A DNA stretch of 64,000 nucleotides. Origin: a virus (taxonomy: Duplodnaviria; Caudoviricetes). Below are positions 28,447 through 38,932 of this stretch, piece after piece (the stretch's first letter is position 1; every line of letters starts with the position of its first letter). The translations under genes and the position numbers were made by a program. The notes beneath the pieces are model-generated. The model worked only from the letters and a program-made list of their open reading frames with translations, had not been told where the DNA came from and made no database searches. The stretch spans positions 28,207 to 92,206 of IMG/VR virus record IMGVR_UViG_3300031992_000057. One strand, given 5' to 3'.

Positions 28447-28784
28447 CTTGGGTTTCCTTGTTTACCATCCCTCGGCACCATGCCTCGGGAATCGCCTGCG
28501 CCCCGGCCTTCCGGTGCGCTGAGGGAACCCATGGTCTCCCTTTCCTTTTGTTCGATTCTCAGAACCTTGCGGGTCCGCGGCGGGACGAGGCAGCCGTTCT
28601 GCCACCTCTTCTCGATCTCGGACCTCGCACCTTTCGCAACGATGAGGGCGCAATCTATCCGGCTATGCAGCCGTTGCGTCCTGTGGGCGTTCCGGCAGAC
28701 AACCTCCGCCTTCCGCAGCAGAAGCGCCGCCTCGGCGAGGTATCTGTCGATCTTGTCGAATCTCGTCCTTGTCAGTATCTTCAC
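28443..28784 (-). CDS. Hypothetical protein
   Basis: GTG after GGAGG; true 3' extent uncertain. Confidence 0.45.
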   Translation of the reverse strand: MKILTRTRFDKIDRYLAEAALLLRKAEVVCRNAHRTQRLHSRIDCALIVAKGARSEIEKRWQNGCLVPPRTRKVLRIEQKERETMGSLSAPEGRGAGDSRGMVPRDGKQGNPR

Positions 28785-29104
28785 TTCGCCTCCATTGACA
28801 GCAGCTCCGCCCGCGCCTCGAGCGACACCCTGCGCGCGTCGTCCTCGACGGGCAGGGCCTCCCACTCCTTCTTGGTGAGGGGCCCGACCCCGTGGCCGAA
28901 CTGCTTCACGAACTCGACGACGTGCCTCATCGTCGTGCGCGACCACCCGCGCCACGTCCGGTGGAACCGGTCCATGGCGTCGTAGAAGCACACGTACGTG
29001 CTGTACGACACGAGGTACGTGACGTCGAGGGTCGACAGCCGCTTGACGTGGGCGAGATTGTTGAACGACTTGTGGCCGTCGTGTATCGGCTTCAGCTCTT
29101 CCAT
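28781..29104 (-). CDS. Hypothetical protein
   Basis: LVSYSTYV...WSRTTMRHV; RBS. Confidence 0.75.
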   Translation of the reverse strand: MEELKPIHDGHKSFNNLAHVKRLSTLDVTYLVSYSTYVCFYDAMDRFHRTWRGWSRTTMRHVVEFVKQFGHGVGPLTKKEWEALPVEDDARRVSLEARAELLSMEAK

Positions 29105-29108
29105 CGGC

Positions 29109-30401
29109 CTACAGCTCCTGCACGGCGGTGAGCTTCGGCGTCCACCTCACGCTCGGCGCGCCCTGCACCATGAACGGCTCCAGGCATTTCTTGATCTCCT
29201 CGTCGGCCTTCTTCTTGGAGAGCCCGTCGCGGACGAGCGTCTCGGCGAGAAGGTTGAGGTCGACGCTCGAGATCTCGAACACCTCCTCGATGTTCATGTG
29301 GAAGCGTGCCATGACGGCCTCGCGGATGTCCGCCGTGCGCGCCGTGTCCACGGACGAGCGCCCCTTCACCGTCGAGATGGAGAAGCCCGGGACGAGCGTC
29401 GCCTGCCTCTCCGGCGGGAACTGTGCGGCCCACGTGGCGTCGTCCTCCTTCGCGGCCTTTATGAAGGTCTCGAGGAACTTCATGCAGGCGCGGCGGAGGC
29501 CCCTCTGCCTCGGCGTCGCCGGGTTGAGGAACGTCTGGCTCGTCACGGTCTCGCCCGCGTACGGGCCTCCGGGCCCGACAAGGTTGGCGAGCGACTGGAC
29601 GATGGTGGTCTTGCCCGTCTTGGGCGCCACCGTCACCTGGTCCTCGTTCGCCGCCTCGGCCACGGCCTGGACCGCCGCCGACTGGTACTTGCACCGGTTC
29701 AGGGCGTTCCACCTGCAATACTGGCAGGCTTCGCAAGGCACGCCCACAATCGAATCGTCGTTCGCCGAACGGTCGGCGATCTCCTCGATGTGCGCAATGC
29801 GCTTGTTCCACTTGACAATCTCGTCAGGGCCGACCGTGAGTTTCTGCTGATCTTCCTCCTCGAGTCTCGGCGCGATGATCTGGCAGATGAAGTTCTCATG
29901 CGCAGGGCAGAGACGGTTCACCTCGCAGGCGTACGCGGCGATCTGGAGCGAGAAGTCATGACTCACGCGGCTCGATTTATAGTCGCAGATGTAGACGAGG
30001 CCCTCCGGCGTCACGACCATGAGGTCGATGTAGCCGTGCCTCCCGCCTCCGCGGTCGACCTCGCACTCAGGGTAGAGCCCCGGCTTGAGCGGACTCTTGC
30101 GGGGCTTCCCCCGTATAGGTCTCAGGCGGAAATTCGGGAACACGGGGAGTTCCTCGACGAGGATCGTCTTCAGCGACGAAGCTATCTCCTCGAGCATCCC
30201 CTTCATGTCGGGGCTTGCCTCCCGCGTCGCGATCCATCCGTCCCACTGGCTGCGCGGGACGGACACCATCTGCTCCGCGTATTCGTGCATGAGCGTGCCG
30301 TCCACGGCCGCCTCGTTCTCCTTGCCGTCCGGCCTGAACCGAGGGCACATTTCCGTCGCCGCAAGGGCGGACGGGCTTATTTTCTGTATTCGATATGCCA
30401 T
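29109..30401 (-). CDS. Cas4/RecB-like PD-(D/E)xK exonuclease
   Basis: SPS...CP, GTLMH, GYID, DYKS, QIAAY, CQYC......C (Fe-S-type Cys). Confidence 0.85.
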   Translation of the reverse strand: MAYRIQKISPSALAATEMCPRFRPDGKENEAAVDGTLMHEYAEQMVSVPRSQWDGWIATREASPDMKGMLEEIASSLKTILVEELPVFPNFRLRPIRGKPRKSPLKPGLYPECEVDRGGGRHGYIDLMVVTPEGLVYICDYKSSRVSHDFSLQIAAYACEVNRLCPAHENFICQIIAPRLEEEDQQKLTVGPDEIVKWNKRIAHIEEIADRSANDDSIVGVPCEACQYCRWNALNRCKYQSAAVQAVAEAANEDQVTVAPKTGKTTIVQSLANLVGPGGPYAGETVTSQTFLNPATPRQRGLRRACMKFLETFIKAAKEDDATWAAQFPPERQATLVPGFSISTVKGRSSVDTARTADIREAVMARFHMNIEEVFEISSVDLNLLAETLVRDGLSKKKADEEIKKCLEPFMVQGAPSVRWTPKLTAVQEL

Positions 30402-30584
30402 AGTCTTCTCCTGTTATGAGGCGGAGCGCGTCCCTTACGCTCTCCTTGACCTCGAAGTCGATGTCTTCGTTTATGAGGGTCACGTGCGTGACCCCCTTCC
30501 AGTAGGAGCCCACGGCGGCGATCATGTCCCTTCGCAGGAACAGCTCGCCGCCGGTCTCCCGGCTCGTGAACTTCACGAACTGGC

Positions 30585-30974
30585 TCACTTGGCCTCCTTC
30601 TTCGGCCTCAGCTCGTCGAGCCACTCGACGGCCAGGTCGTAGATCTTGTTGCCCACGGTCTGCACCTTCTCGTTGTTGACGATCCTCGGCACGACTACGA
30701 TGGCCGCCATCTGGGCCGTGGACGGAACGAGTGCCACGGCTATCTGCGTGGCCACGATCCAGAAGACCATCGGGACGCACGTCCACGACGCCTTCTTGAT
30801 CTTCTCGATCACCCTCGGCCGCGTGCTGTCAATGTCGGTGATCGCCATGAAGGCGCAGAACGATACGATAGCCACGATCGCGATCCACGCTATCGGCACC
30901 CATATGATGGAGCCGAGCACGTGTCTTATGTCGTCCAGCTTCGTCAGCCAGTACATCTGTGCTGTTGTGATCAT
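30585..30974 (-). CDS. Membrane protein
   Basis: Two TM segments; YWLTKLD...VPST. Confidence 0.75.
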   Translation of the reverse strand: MITTAQMYWLTKLDDIRHVLGSIIWVPIAWIAIVAIVSFCAFMAITDIDSTRPRVIEKIKKASWTCVPMVFWIVATQIAVALVPSTAQMAAIVVVPRIVNNEKVQTVGNKIYDLAVEWLDELRPKKEAK

Positions 30975-30978
30975 TGTT

Positions 30979-31218
30979 TCAGTCCTTTCTGGTCTTCGTC
31001 TTCGTCTTCGTCTTCGTCCTTCCGCCGACCTCGACGGTCAGCGTGAGCGGCGAACCTTCGTGGTCGATCGCCTTGACGTCCCTGTCGAGCAGCGTCCGCA
31101 TCTGCGGACTCCCGCCGGCGACGACCGCCAGGATCTTGTCCGTGCGCAGGCCAGTGTCCCTGTCGCGCGCGATGACGTACCCGCAGTCGAGCACGTCGAG
31201 CAGTTCATTCAGTTTCAT
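30979..31218 (-). CDS. Small hypothetical protein
   Basis: GGAG RBS; TK repeat tail. Confidence 0.6.
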   Translation of the reverse strand: MKLNELLDVLDCGYVIARDRDTGLRTDKILAVVAGGSPQMRTLLDRDVKAIDHEGSPLTLTVEVGGRTKTKTKTKTRKD

Positions 31219-31247
31219 CGGTTAACTCCTCCCGTATCTCGTTGTTA

Positions 31248-32609
31248 TCATGTCAGTCCTCTCGATAGGTCTGCGTCGGTCAACGCCCCAATAGCATCTA
31301 CCTTCCCTCCGACCGCCTTCGCCACGCGCTCCTCGACGGAGTCCGCGGCCAGTACGATCTTCTGGGTTGCGTGGGTGCCGCCCACGCGGCGGATCCGCCC
31401 GAGCGCCTGGATGAGCTCGGACGCCGAGTAGCTCGGGCTGATGAGCGAGACGCGCGGGCGCTCGTGGCGCTCGTCGTGCAGCGAGAGCGCGACACCGCAG
31501 GCCGAGGACATCCCGACCATGACGTGCGTTTCGTTGTTCTGGAACGAGGCGATCCCCGCCTGGCGCTCCCTCTCGCTCTGCCCGCCGTAGATGGCGGCGA
31601 ACGGTATGCCCGCCCGCTCCAGCTCCATCTGAACACGCAGCCTCGCGTCTGTAAAATTCAGACACAAAAAGCACGAGTTGCCGTCTTCCGTCTCGCCCGC
31701 GGCCATCTTGGCGAGCACGGATGCCTTGCAGAACTCGGCCTGCTGCCGGAGGCGCAGAAGCTTCACCATCGAGTCCCTCGACGGCTTCTTCATGAGCTCT
31801 GGCATCTCAGCGTACGCCTGGACGAGCGCCTCGTGGTCCTCCTTCTCGAGATCGACGAGGACCACCTCGCGCGTCTCGTCCGGGAAGTCCGGTATCTCGT
31901 CCGGGGTGATGGACATGAACCTCTCGCCCATGTCCCTCCGGATGTCCTCCATGATCGCCCTCGCCCGGAGGCGGTCGCGCGTGAACGCGAACGCCGCCTG
32001 CCGGCCCCTCGCCTGCATCGAGCACCCGTGCCGCCTGCACCAGTCGTAGAACGACGGCGCGACGAACCGGTGGAACCCCATGAGGTAGCCGAGGGCCTGC
32101 ATTTTAAGAGGGGAATCGGCCGGAGTGGCGGTCAAAGCAAGAACCTTGTGGCCGGGCGTGGACGGATTGATCCACCGGGCCACCATCAGCGCCTGCTTGC
32201 ATCCTTTGCCTTTCTGGCCGCTCTTGGCTATCTTGAATATTCCCGAACATGACCTGTGCAGCTCGTCGAAGACGAGAAGCGCGGGGCCCTCCGGGATGTT
32301 CTTCCAGCCTCCTTCGTGCGCATAGAACGGATTGCGTTTGGACGCGATCAGGTTCTCGGGGTTGATGACTCCGATCACCTTGTCCTCGACGCCCATTCCC
32401 CGTATCACGCTCTTCCACTGGGAGATCGCGATCTTGGGGCAGATCACCAGAGTCGGGATTCCCAACTTGGCTATCGTATGGCACGCAAGATACGTCTTTC
32501 CGGCGCCAGTGCTGGCGGCGCAGAGAAACATGCGTTCCTTCTGCAGGACAGCCGTCTGCCGCTCGGCGAGGGGAATCTGCCAATCACGTAATGTTAGCTC
32601 GCTTGTCAT
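31248..32609 (-). CDS. Superfamily 2 helicase
   Basis: STGAGKT, DELH, TATP, QALGRIRR. Confidence 0.9.
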   Translation of the reverse strand: MTSELTLRDWQIPLAERQTAVLQKERMFLCAASTGAGKTYLACHTIAKLGIPTLVICPKIAISQWKSVIRGMGVEDKVIGVINPENLIASKRNPFYAHEGGWKNIPEGPALLVFDELHRSCSGIFKIAKSGQKGKGCKQALMVARWINPSTPGHKVLALTATPADSPLKMQALGYLMGFHRFVAPSFYDWCRRHGCSMQARGRQAAFAFTRDRLRARAIMEDIRRDMGERFMSITPDEIPDFPDETREVVLVDLEKEDHEALVQAYAEMPELMKKPSRDSMVKLLRLRQQAEFCKASVLAKMAAGETEDGNSCFLCLNFTDARLRVQMELERAGIPFAAIYGGQSERERQAGIASFQNNETHVMVGMSSACGVALSLHDERHERPRVSLISPSYSASELIQALGRIRRVGGTHATQKIVLAADSVEERVAKAVGGKVDAIGALTDADLSRGLT

Positions 32610-33234
32610 AGTGGTCCAAAGTTTTACCTTTCCTGGTCCCAGCCTTCAGTACGTCATAATTGACGCCGAGCTCACGAGACCATTGTGCGACGGACATCTT
32701 CCGTCCTTGGTACTCGATTATCCTGACACCGCTTTTGTTGTTTGCCTGGGTGATCAGATCGACAAACCGACAGTTCGACGGCCGGTAATGGCCGTTATAG
32801 TCGATCCTGTCGATCTCCAACCCTGGCTCAAACCCGTGTGCCATCGCCCACCGGTAGAACGTCATGAAACTCTTAGCCCACGACTTGCAGACAGTGATGC
32901 CACGGCCTCCATACCTGTGGTAGCCGCGTGCCTTCGGGTCATTGCATCGTTTCATCATGTCGTGCCAGCATTGATAGATCGGGGTGCCGCTCATGTGGTG
33001 CGCGTTCGATCTCTCGGCGCGCTCCCACATCATGCGGCTCCCCTGCTCCCGTATCTTGCACCCGCAAGATACGACGCGTCCGGTCAGCAGGTCATTGTTG
33101 CGTTTCACCACAACCGCACCGCAGTCGCAGACACACTCCGACAGAGACTTGCACGTACGCGGGTCCTTTCCGGCCGGGCGTCTCACTGTCAGCCGTCCGA
33201 ACCGCGTTCCTGGTGGTATGGTTTTAGGTCTCAT
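32584..33234 (-). CDS. HNH homing endonuclease
   Basis: RFGRLTV...CVCDCG...SCGC...YGGRGI.VC...IDRIDYNGHY.PSNCR. Confidence 0.9.
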   Translation of the reverse strand: MRPKTIPPGTRFGRLTVRRPAGKDPRTCKSLSECVCDCGAVVVKRNNDLLTGRVVSCGCKIREQGSRMMWERAERSNAHHMSGTPIYQCWHDMMKRCNDPKARGYHRYGGRGITVCKSWAKSFMTFYRWAMAHGFEPGLEIDRIDYNGHYRPSNCRFVDLITQANNKSGVRIIEYQGRKMSVAQWSRELGVNYDVLKAGTRKGKTLDHYDKRANIT

Positions 33235-33261
33235 CCTGGTTTCTCCAAATAGATGAAGTGT

Positions 33262-33290
33262 ATAATACCACATCTCGTCGAAAAAGTCAA
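33262..33290 (-). promoter_or_regulatory. Promoter of second HNH gene
   Basis: TTGACT-N17-TATTAT with TG extension. Confidence 0.75.
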
Positions 33291-33291
33291 G

Positions 33292-33588
33292 CTACTCGTC
33301 GGAAACCTTTTCCGGGTCGTAGTTCTCGTCTCCGCCGTGCGGGTCGATCGACAGCACGACGTCGCACGGCTTGTGCTCCGTGACCATGATCGTGCCGTTC
33401 ACGCCGAGGTTGCCCTCGACGTCGCCGATGCGGATGACGGTGTCGAGGCCGTTGGGGAACTCGTCCGTCATGACGAGCCCCATCAGCTGCCTCACCGTCA
33501 TCTCGCCGACGTGCTGCGGGTCGTTGACCCACGGGTTCGCGCTCGGGAAATACACGAGCGCGCCTTTGCTCTTAGTCTTTCTTGCCAT
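33292..33588 (-). CDS. Hypothetical protein
   Basis: RBS; operon context. Confidence 0.7.
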   Translation of the reverse strand: MARKTKSKGALVYFPSANPWVNDPQHVGEMTVRQLMGLVMTDEFPNGLDTVIRIGDVEGNLGVNGTIMVTEHKPCDVVLSIDPHGGDENYDPEKVSDE

Positions 33589-34159
33589 CGTCTGCGATCC
33601 CTCGCCTTCTCTTGACTTCCTGCTCGGCGTCCTTGAGGACCCGGCACTCCATCAGCTTTTCGCACCGCTCGCAGTCGCCGCCGTCCTTGAGGACGGAGCA
33701 TCCGTGCGCGGCGCAGTAGTCCTTGAGCTCCTCGTTCACCCGGTCGATGTCCATCGGCCCCGGGAAGAGGAACGTCGTGACGTCCCCGCCCTTCCTGACG
33801 GCGAGGCACCGGACGACCGCGGATGTGCGTCCGGAGGTCTTGTTCGCGGGCCAGCCGATCGCGACCTGCGTGGCGGCGGACTTCTCGAGCTCGCTCTTGA
33901 GATGTTCGAGGTCGAGGGCCTCCATGTCCCTGTCGAGGATCCTCGCCATGAGGGCCGCGACCTTGTCGTCCATCTGCACCGGGCAGATGTACGCCGTGTC
34001 GCCCACGGTCTGCACCTCGTAGACGCAGTCCTGCGCGCCGTAGCTTCTCGCCACGCGCACCTTCCAGTCCCTCGTGGGCTCCCCGGGAGTCAGCGCCGCC
34101 ATCCGGCGGACGTTCCCGAGCTGGCCGACGAGGTCCTGCTTCGTAAGTCTCGAGAGCAT
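33572..34159 (-). CDS. Hypothetical protein with Cys-rich C-terminus
   Basis: GAGG RBS; C..HGC...CERC....C. Confidence 0.65.
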   Translation of the reverse strand: MLSRLTKQDLVGQLGNVRRMAALTPGEPTRDWKVRVARSYGAQDCVYEVQTVGDTAYICPVQMDDKVAALMARILDRDMEALDLEHLKSELEKSAATQVAIGWPANKTSGRTSAVVRCLAVRKGGDVTTFLFPGPMDIDRVNEELKDYCAAHGCSVLKDGGDCERCEKLMECRVLKDAEQEVKRRRGIADDGKKD

Positions 34160-34161
34160 GG

Positions 34162-34482
34162 TCAGGTCCTCGTCCTCGAGATGTCGAGGCATGCCCTCTC
34201 GAGCGCGCACTTGAGCACGTGGGCGAACGCGACGGACAGGCCGAACTCCTCGCCGCAGACGCGGCCCATGTAGTCGTACGGTTCGTTGTCGCCCTTCGCC
34301 CTGCGGAACTCGAAGTCGCCGTCGAGGCTCTTCATCTCGCTCCTGCACTCGGAGAGGACGCGCAGCAGGCAGCCGACGTCGCCGATGCCGAGCATGGCCC
34401 TGTGCCCCTCCATGAACTTGGGCGCGTCCGTGAGGACCACCGCCCCCGGCTCCACGCTCTCTATGAACAGATTCGTCTTCAT
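34162..34482 (-). CDS. Hypothetical protein
   Basis: AAGGAG RBS. Confidence 0.75.
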   Translation of the reverse strand: MKTNLFIESVEPGAVVLTDAPKFMEGHRAMLGIGDVGCLLRVLSECRSEMKSLDGDFEFRRAKGDNEPYDYMGRVCGEEFGLSVAFAHVLKCALERACLDISRTRT

Positions 34483-34500
34483 GTCAGTCTCCTTTCGTTG

Positions 34501-34535
34501 AAAATGAACGGGGCCCTCCCTTGCGGAAGGGCCCC
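34501..34535 (-). terminator. Intrinsic terminator
   Basis: GGGGCCCTTCC-GCAA-GGGAGGGCCCC then GTTCATTTT. Confidence 0.65.
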
Positions 34536-34542
34536 ATGCGCG

Positions 34543-37050
34543 TCAGAACGGTCCGATGTAGCAGTCGGCCGACTCCATGCTGGACGACGAGTACCAGCCG
34601 CGGCTTGGCACCTCGTCGGAGTCCATGTCCGCGACCAGGTTCGGGAACCAGATGACGCCGAAGCGCCCCTGCGAACCCAGCGTCGTGTTCTGCCCGCGGT
34701 CGAACCCGGGCTGCCTTGCGGCCGCCGCGAGCAGCTCGCGGTACCTCTGCAGCGGGTTCACGCTCGTGAACGCGACGACGTTGCACTGCCCGTGCGCCGC
34801 AAGCCACGCCGCGCTCGGGAGAGGCAGCGACTCGTCGTACCGGTACGCGAGCTTGGCCCGCATCGCGAGCCACGGCGCCGCCGTCCTCACGACGAGGAGC
34901 AGGCGTCCGTACCTGTCCTCGCGCCACCCGAAGTGGAACCCGTCGGGGACGTCCTTCGGGATCCTGGGCGACTCAACCTGCACCGCCCAGTCGGGGCAGC
35001 ACTTCTTCGCGAAGTCCTGGAAGCCGGACAGGCCGCCTCCCTCGCAGCCGTATGCGCTGAACTCCCGGTCGACCGCGACGAGCGGCGAGCCCGAACGCAT
35101 GAGGAATGCGACGTAGAACGCCCGCCACCCCGCTTTCAGGAACTCCTCGCAGTTCCCGTTCCTGTGGAGCGCCTCGATGAACGACTTCGCGTTCACATTC
35201 GTCTCGACGACGATCGCGTGCGGACGGTGCTCGCCTTTGGTGCGCTTGCCGAAGCGCATCTGGACGGACGGGACCTCCCGCATCAGGTCGATGAACTTCG
35301 ACGCCTCCTCGGCGGCCTCGCCGCCAGACCGCGTGTGCATGTCGAACTGGAAGGACGTGAACCACGGGAAGACGTTGGCCTCGCGGGCTTCGTCCACCGT
35401 CTTCGGGCCGAGGTCCGTCATCAGGCCCGACCACACGCCCGCCACGAACTTCTCCGGGAAGTACGGCGAACCGTCCACGAACTCGAGCTCGCCTCCGCTG
35501 AACTTGCGCACGGCGGCGCAGAGGCCGTTCACGAACGCGCCCTCCGGCGTGAACTCCGCGTTGCGGCTTCCCCCGCAGAACCTCGGGTTCTCCGGGGAGC
35601 ACAGGCTGAGGAGCTCCGCCGGGTTCGCCTTGATGCGCCCGACGTCGCTGCGGAACCTCGGGAGGTTCGCGTGCCTCAGCGAGAGCCTGCCCTCGTGGTC
35701 CTGCCACGGGTGCTCGACGCCGCGCTGCCACGTGGCGCCGCCGTGGACGATCATGAACCACTCCTCGGCTATCTCCGAGGCCCTGAGCCCGTCGTCGCCC
35801 GCGTCGTCCTCGGACGTGCCGTCGGCGATCCGGACGGGGTGCGTGACTGGCGCCCAGGAGTCCAGCTCCAGGACGATGTGGTCCGCGGTGATGATGTGCG
35901 CGCCCATGTACACGGGCGCCGACGACGGCATGGCGCTGTCCTCCATGCGGTAGCCGAACGAGTTGGTGTCGCCGTCATCGTCCTCGCCGCTGTGGTCGTT
36001 GATCTCGGGGGTCGCAATGTTGGAGACCGCGAGCCGGGTCGAGCTCGAGAGCGCGTACCGGAAGTCCGTCCCGTAGCCGCACGCAAGGATCGCGAGGACG
36101 AACCTGCGCATCGCGTCGGCGTCCAGGGCGAAGTTGAGCGCCTCGGCCGTCTGGCAGACGCACGCGTCGAACTGGGTCCACGCGGTCTTGCCGCGGTTCC
36201 CGTCGAAGCGCTTCCACTCCTCGCGCGTCCACGCGAAGTAGCCGTCGAGCGTACCGCCCGGCAGCTTCTGCTCGCTGAGCGGCATCGCGTTGAGCCGGCC
36301 CGACGGGATGCGCTCGCCGTCCGTGACGATGCGCGACGCCTGCCAGCCGGAGCATGCGGCCGTGTCCGTGTTCGTGTCCGGCCAGAATATCTGGGCTTCG
36401 GGGAATCCGGAGGCCTTCACGCCCTCCATCCGCGCGAGCGCCTCCAGCACTCCGAGCGGCGCGATGGGCATCGGCAGCTCGCGGGCCTCGTTGGTGGGGT
36501 TGAGCTGCCTGTCCGCCCACTCGCCCACGACCGTGAGCGTGTCGGCGGCGACGTTCGCGACCGCCGTCTGGCTGGCCATCGCGACCTTGATGCGGCGCGC
36601 GATCTCGAGGGTCTTCCCGAGCAGCGCCGTCCCGAACGTGATGCCGGGGTCGACCCCGGCCTGCATCTCCGCCGTCACGACGTCGGGCAGGAGGGCCGCC
36701 GGGTCCTCCTTGCTGTTCGGCACGAGGATCCGCCTCTGGATCTCGGGGAAATCCACGCGGGCGAGCTCCCTCGGCATCGCCGCCACGAGCTTCAGCCCGG
36801 ACTCCGTCCAGGTGAAGCGGTGCGCCCCCGGGTCGAGGACGCTCGTCTGCACCGTGAAGTGCGTCCCCTCCACGAAACCGAGGGTCTCGAGGAGCAGCCT
36901 GGACGCGTCGGCGTCCTCGCCGAGGGCGTGCCACGCCGTGACCGGACGGGTCGCGGAGGCGTACCTCTCGAGGAGCGCCGCCGCGGCCGTCCGTGTGCGT
37001 GGGTTCCTGTACTTCGCAAGAACCGCCGCCATTGCCTGTCTGTATTTCAT
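34543..37050 (-). CDS. Large hypothetical protein (835 aa)
   Basis: AAAGGA RBS; codon bias; no motif recognised. Confidence 0.8.
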   Translation of the reverse strand: MKYRQAMAAVLAKYRNPRTRTAAAALLERYASATRPVTAWHALGEDADASRLLLETLGFVEGTHFTVQTSVLDPGAHRFTWTESGLKLVAAMPRELARVDFPEIQRRILVPNSKEDPAALLPDVVTAEMQAGVDPGITFGTALLGKTLEIARRIKVAMASQTAVANVAADTLTVVGEWADRQLNPTNEARELPMPIAPLGVLEALARMEGVKASGFPEAQIFWPDTNTDTAACSGWQASRIVTDGERIPSGRLNAMPLSEQKLPGGTLDGYFAWTREEWKRFDGNRGKTAWTQFDACVCQTAEALNFALDADAMRRFVLAILACGYGTDFRYALSSSTRLAVSNIATPEINDHSGEDDDGDTNSFGYRMEDSAMPSSAPVYMGAHIITADHIVLELDSWAPVTHPVRIADGTSEDDAGDDGLRASEIAEEWFMIVHGGATWQRGVEHPWQDHEGRLSLRHANLPRFRSDVGRIKANPAELLSLCSPENPRFCGGSRNAEFTPEGAFVNGLCAAVRKFSGGELEFVDGSPYFPEKFVAGVWSGLMTDLGPKTVDEAREANVFPWFTSFQFDMHTRSGGEAAEEASKFIDLMREVPSVQMRFGKRTKGEHRPHAIVVETNVNAKSFIEALHRNGNCEEFLKAGWRAFYVAFLMRSGSPLVAVDREFSAYGCEGGGLSGFQDFAKKCCPDWAVQVESPRIPKDVPDGFHFGWREDRYGRLLLVVRTAAPWLAMRAKLAYRYDESLPLPSAAWLAAHGQCNVVAFTSVNPLQRYRELLAAAARQPGFDRGQNTTLGSQGRFGVIWFPNLVADMDSDEVPSRGWYSSSSMESADCYIGPF

Positions 37051-37062
37051 CTTGATCCTTTC

Positions 37063-37212
37063 TCAGTCGTCGAAATCGCCCGTCTCACCGTCAAAGCAGT
37101 CGGAGATGCAGCACTCTGACCTCGAACTGCAGTCGCATGGACATCCGGTGTACCGGCACACTTCCTCACCATACTCGTTGGTGATGGTGTTGACACACTT
37201 GAATCCGTTCAT
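37063..37212 (-). CDS. 49-aa Cys-rich peptide
   Basis: 8 Cys; ATGA coupling. Confidence 0.55.
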   Translation of the reverse strand: MNGFKCVNTITNEYGEEVCRYTGCPCDCSSRSECCISDCFDGETGDFDD

Positions 37213-37532
37213 CTGTTCCCTTTCAGTTTCGCGAACAGCCCCTTGGGCTTCGCGCCATCCTTCGTCCTGAACGCCAGGTCGAAGGCCGGTGGACGGCCCT
37301 TGGCCGCCGCCCTCGGCTTGAGGACGTAGGCGAACTCCAGGTCGGGGCGCATCCCCAGGATGCGCGCCTTCACCTGCTCCGCCCACTCGTCCTGGTTTTC
37401 GGAGAGCTCGACCTCGAACATCGCGGCGGGACGCGGGAACGGGGGCTCCAGGCCCTTCGTCGCCGACGTCTCGCACATGAGGTACCACTCGCCCTTCCGC
37501 ATCTCGCGGAGAAAGCAGTGCGCCACTATCAT
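37209..37532 (-). CDS. Hypothetical protein
   Basis: AAGGAG RBS; ATGA coupling. Confidence 0.65.
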   Translation of the reverse strand: MIVAHCFLREMRKGEWYLMCETSATKGLEPPFPRPAAMFEVELSENQDEWAEQVKARILGMRPDLEFAYVLKPRAAAKGRPPAFDLAFRTKDGAKPKGLFAKLKGNR

Positions 37533-38932
37533 CCGAGGCTCCTTTTGTCTTTGGACCCCTCCTGGATGTACTCCAGGAGCGCGCCCGTGGATGCGAACGC
37601 GGTCTCCGGGTCGAGGCACTCGTCCACGAGTATGTCCTCGGCCTTGACGCGCTTGAGCTTCCACTTGCCGCCTTCCTTCGCGGGGCTGTCCGCCATGCAG
37701 GCGAACGCGCCCGGGCTCCTGGCGGAGAAGTCCACGTCGACGCCCGCGATCCGCCTGAAGACGCGCCACTGGCGCTCGAACCTCTCGAGGCCCGCCTCGA
37801 CGTGCTCCTCCTTCGGGAAGTACGGCAGCGTCTTCGCGCCGTTGACCGCGCGGTTGCCCGACTTCACGAGCGGCTCCGCGAGCTCGTCGGCGTAGCGCGC
37901 CGCGAACTCCTCCGGGGTGATCGGGACCTGGCCCGTATACCCTCCGTCGTCCACGAGCTCCTCGAGCCCCTGGACGGCGGTGTTGTAGGTGTCGTCGCTG
38001 AAGGCGTCGGGAAGCGCGTCGCCCATGAGGAGCTGCAGGCTTTCGGCGTCGTCGTCGTCGAACCCGGCCTCCCGGTCCTCGAGCGCGCGGTACTGGATCG
38101 CGCCGTGCGCGACGATGTCGCACATGGCGAGGCGGCAGAGGCCGACGAGGCCCACCGTCTTCACCACCAGCTCCACGAGCTCCTCGTGGCGCTTCTGGTC
38201 CGCGGAGGCCGTCGCGGACGCCGCGCGGCTCCCCGTCGTCACGGGGACGTCATCGTCGTCGCAGTCGCCGTCCGCGTCGGCCGACCACGCCCCGTACGGG
38301 TAGTGGTAGCCTCCGGCCGTCCTTGCCGGCCAGGTCCTCTCGTACACCTTGTAGGAGCAGTTGCTCGCGATGAACGTGGGCTTCCCGTCCTTGTCCACCC
38401 TGTCCTTCTCCGTCACCCATTCCCCGTACGTCACCAGCCGGTTGTCCGGCATGATGAACATGAACTTGTTCGTTGAGCCGCAGAAGTGGCGGACCAGGTT
38501 GTCCAGGTCGGGGCAGAACTTCCCGTCCTCGTACGCCTTCTCACCGCATCCGCGGTAGAACGGCATGAACACGTGCCGGAAGAAGAACTCGCTGTCGGTC
38601 TTCTCCCAGTTCGCGTACTTCATCATCCCGTCCAGCTGGGACAACGTCATATTATGGGCCATGATGATGCCGTCCTCCTCCCATCCATGGACGTTGTCGA
38701 TGGACTTCTCTCCACGGGAGGGGATTCTGGCGTGCATCACCCACAGATCGTCGTCTCCGACCTTCTCGTCGAAGAACGACATGAACGCCTTGTCGTCGAG
38801 CGTGCGGATGGATTCGCGCTTGCCGTCCTTGACGGTGAAGCCGAAGAATCCGGCGTTGTTGTGCCGGATCGCCTCCAGCACCTCCTCACGCTTCATGTAC
38901 CGCTTCTTGGCGGCCACTGCTATCACACACAT
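37529..38932 (-). CDS. Class II (Ntn) glutamine amidotransferase with C-terminal extension
   Basis: N-terminal MC, HAR...G...NVH, AHN, TDSE. Confidence 0.85.
   Translation of the reverse strand: MCVIAVAAKKRYMKREEVLEAIRHNNAGFFGFTVKDGKRESIRTLDDKAFMSFFDEKVGDDDLWVMHARIPSRGEKSIDNVHGWEEDGIIMAHNMTLSQLDGMMKYANWEKTDSEFFFRHVFMPFYRGCGEKAYEDGKFCPDLDNLVRHFCGSTNKFMFIMPDNRLVTYGEWVTEKDRVDKDGKPTFIASNCSYKVYERTWPARTAGGYHYPYGAWSADADGDCDDDDVPVTTGSRAASATASADQKRHEELVELVVKTVGLVGLCRLAMCDIVAHGAIQYRALEDREAGFDDDDAESLQLLMGDALPDAFSDDTYNTAVQGLEELVDDGGYTGQVPITPEEFAARYADELAEPLVKSGNRAVNGAKTLPYFPKEEHVEAGLERFERQWRVFRRIAGVDVDFSARSPGAFACMADSPAKEGGKWKLKRVKAEDILVDECLDPETAFASTGALLEYIQEGSKDKRSLG

Noticed and set aside
29109-30401. 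CRISPR-Cas system
   Set aside because: Solo Cas4-like nuclease in the replication module; no array or other cas genes
30067-30588. Full-length CDS overlapping the Cas4-like gene
   Set aside because: Only the first ~60 codons look coding; true extent cannot be fixed
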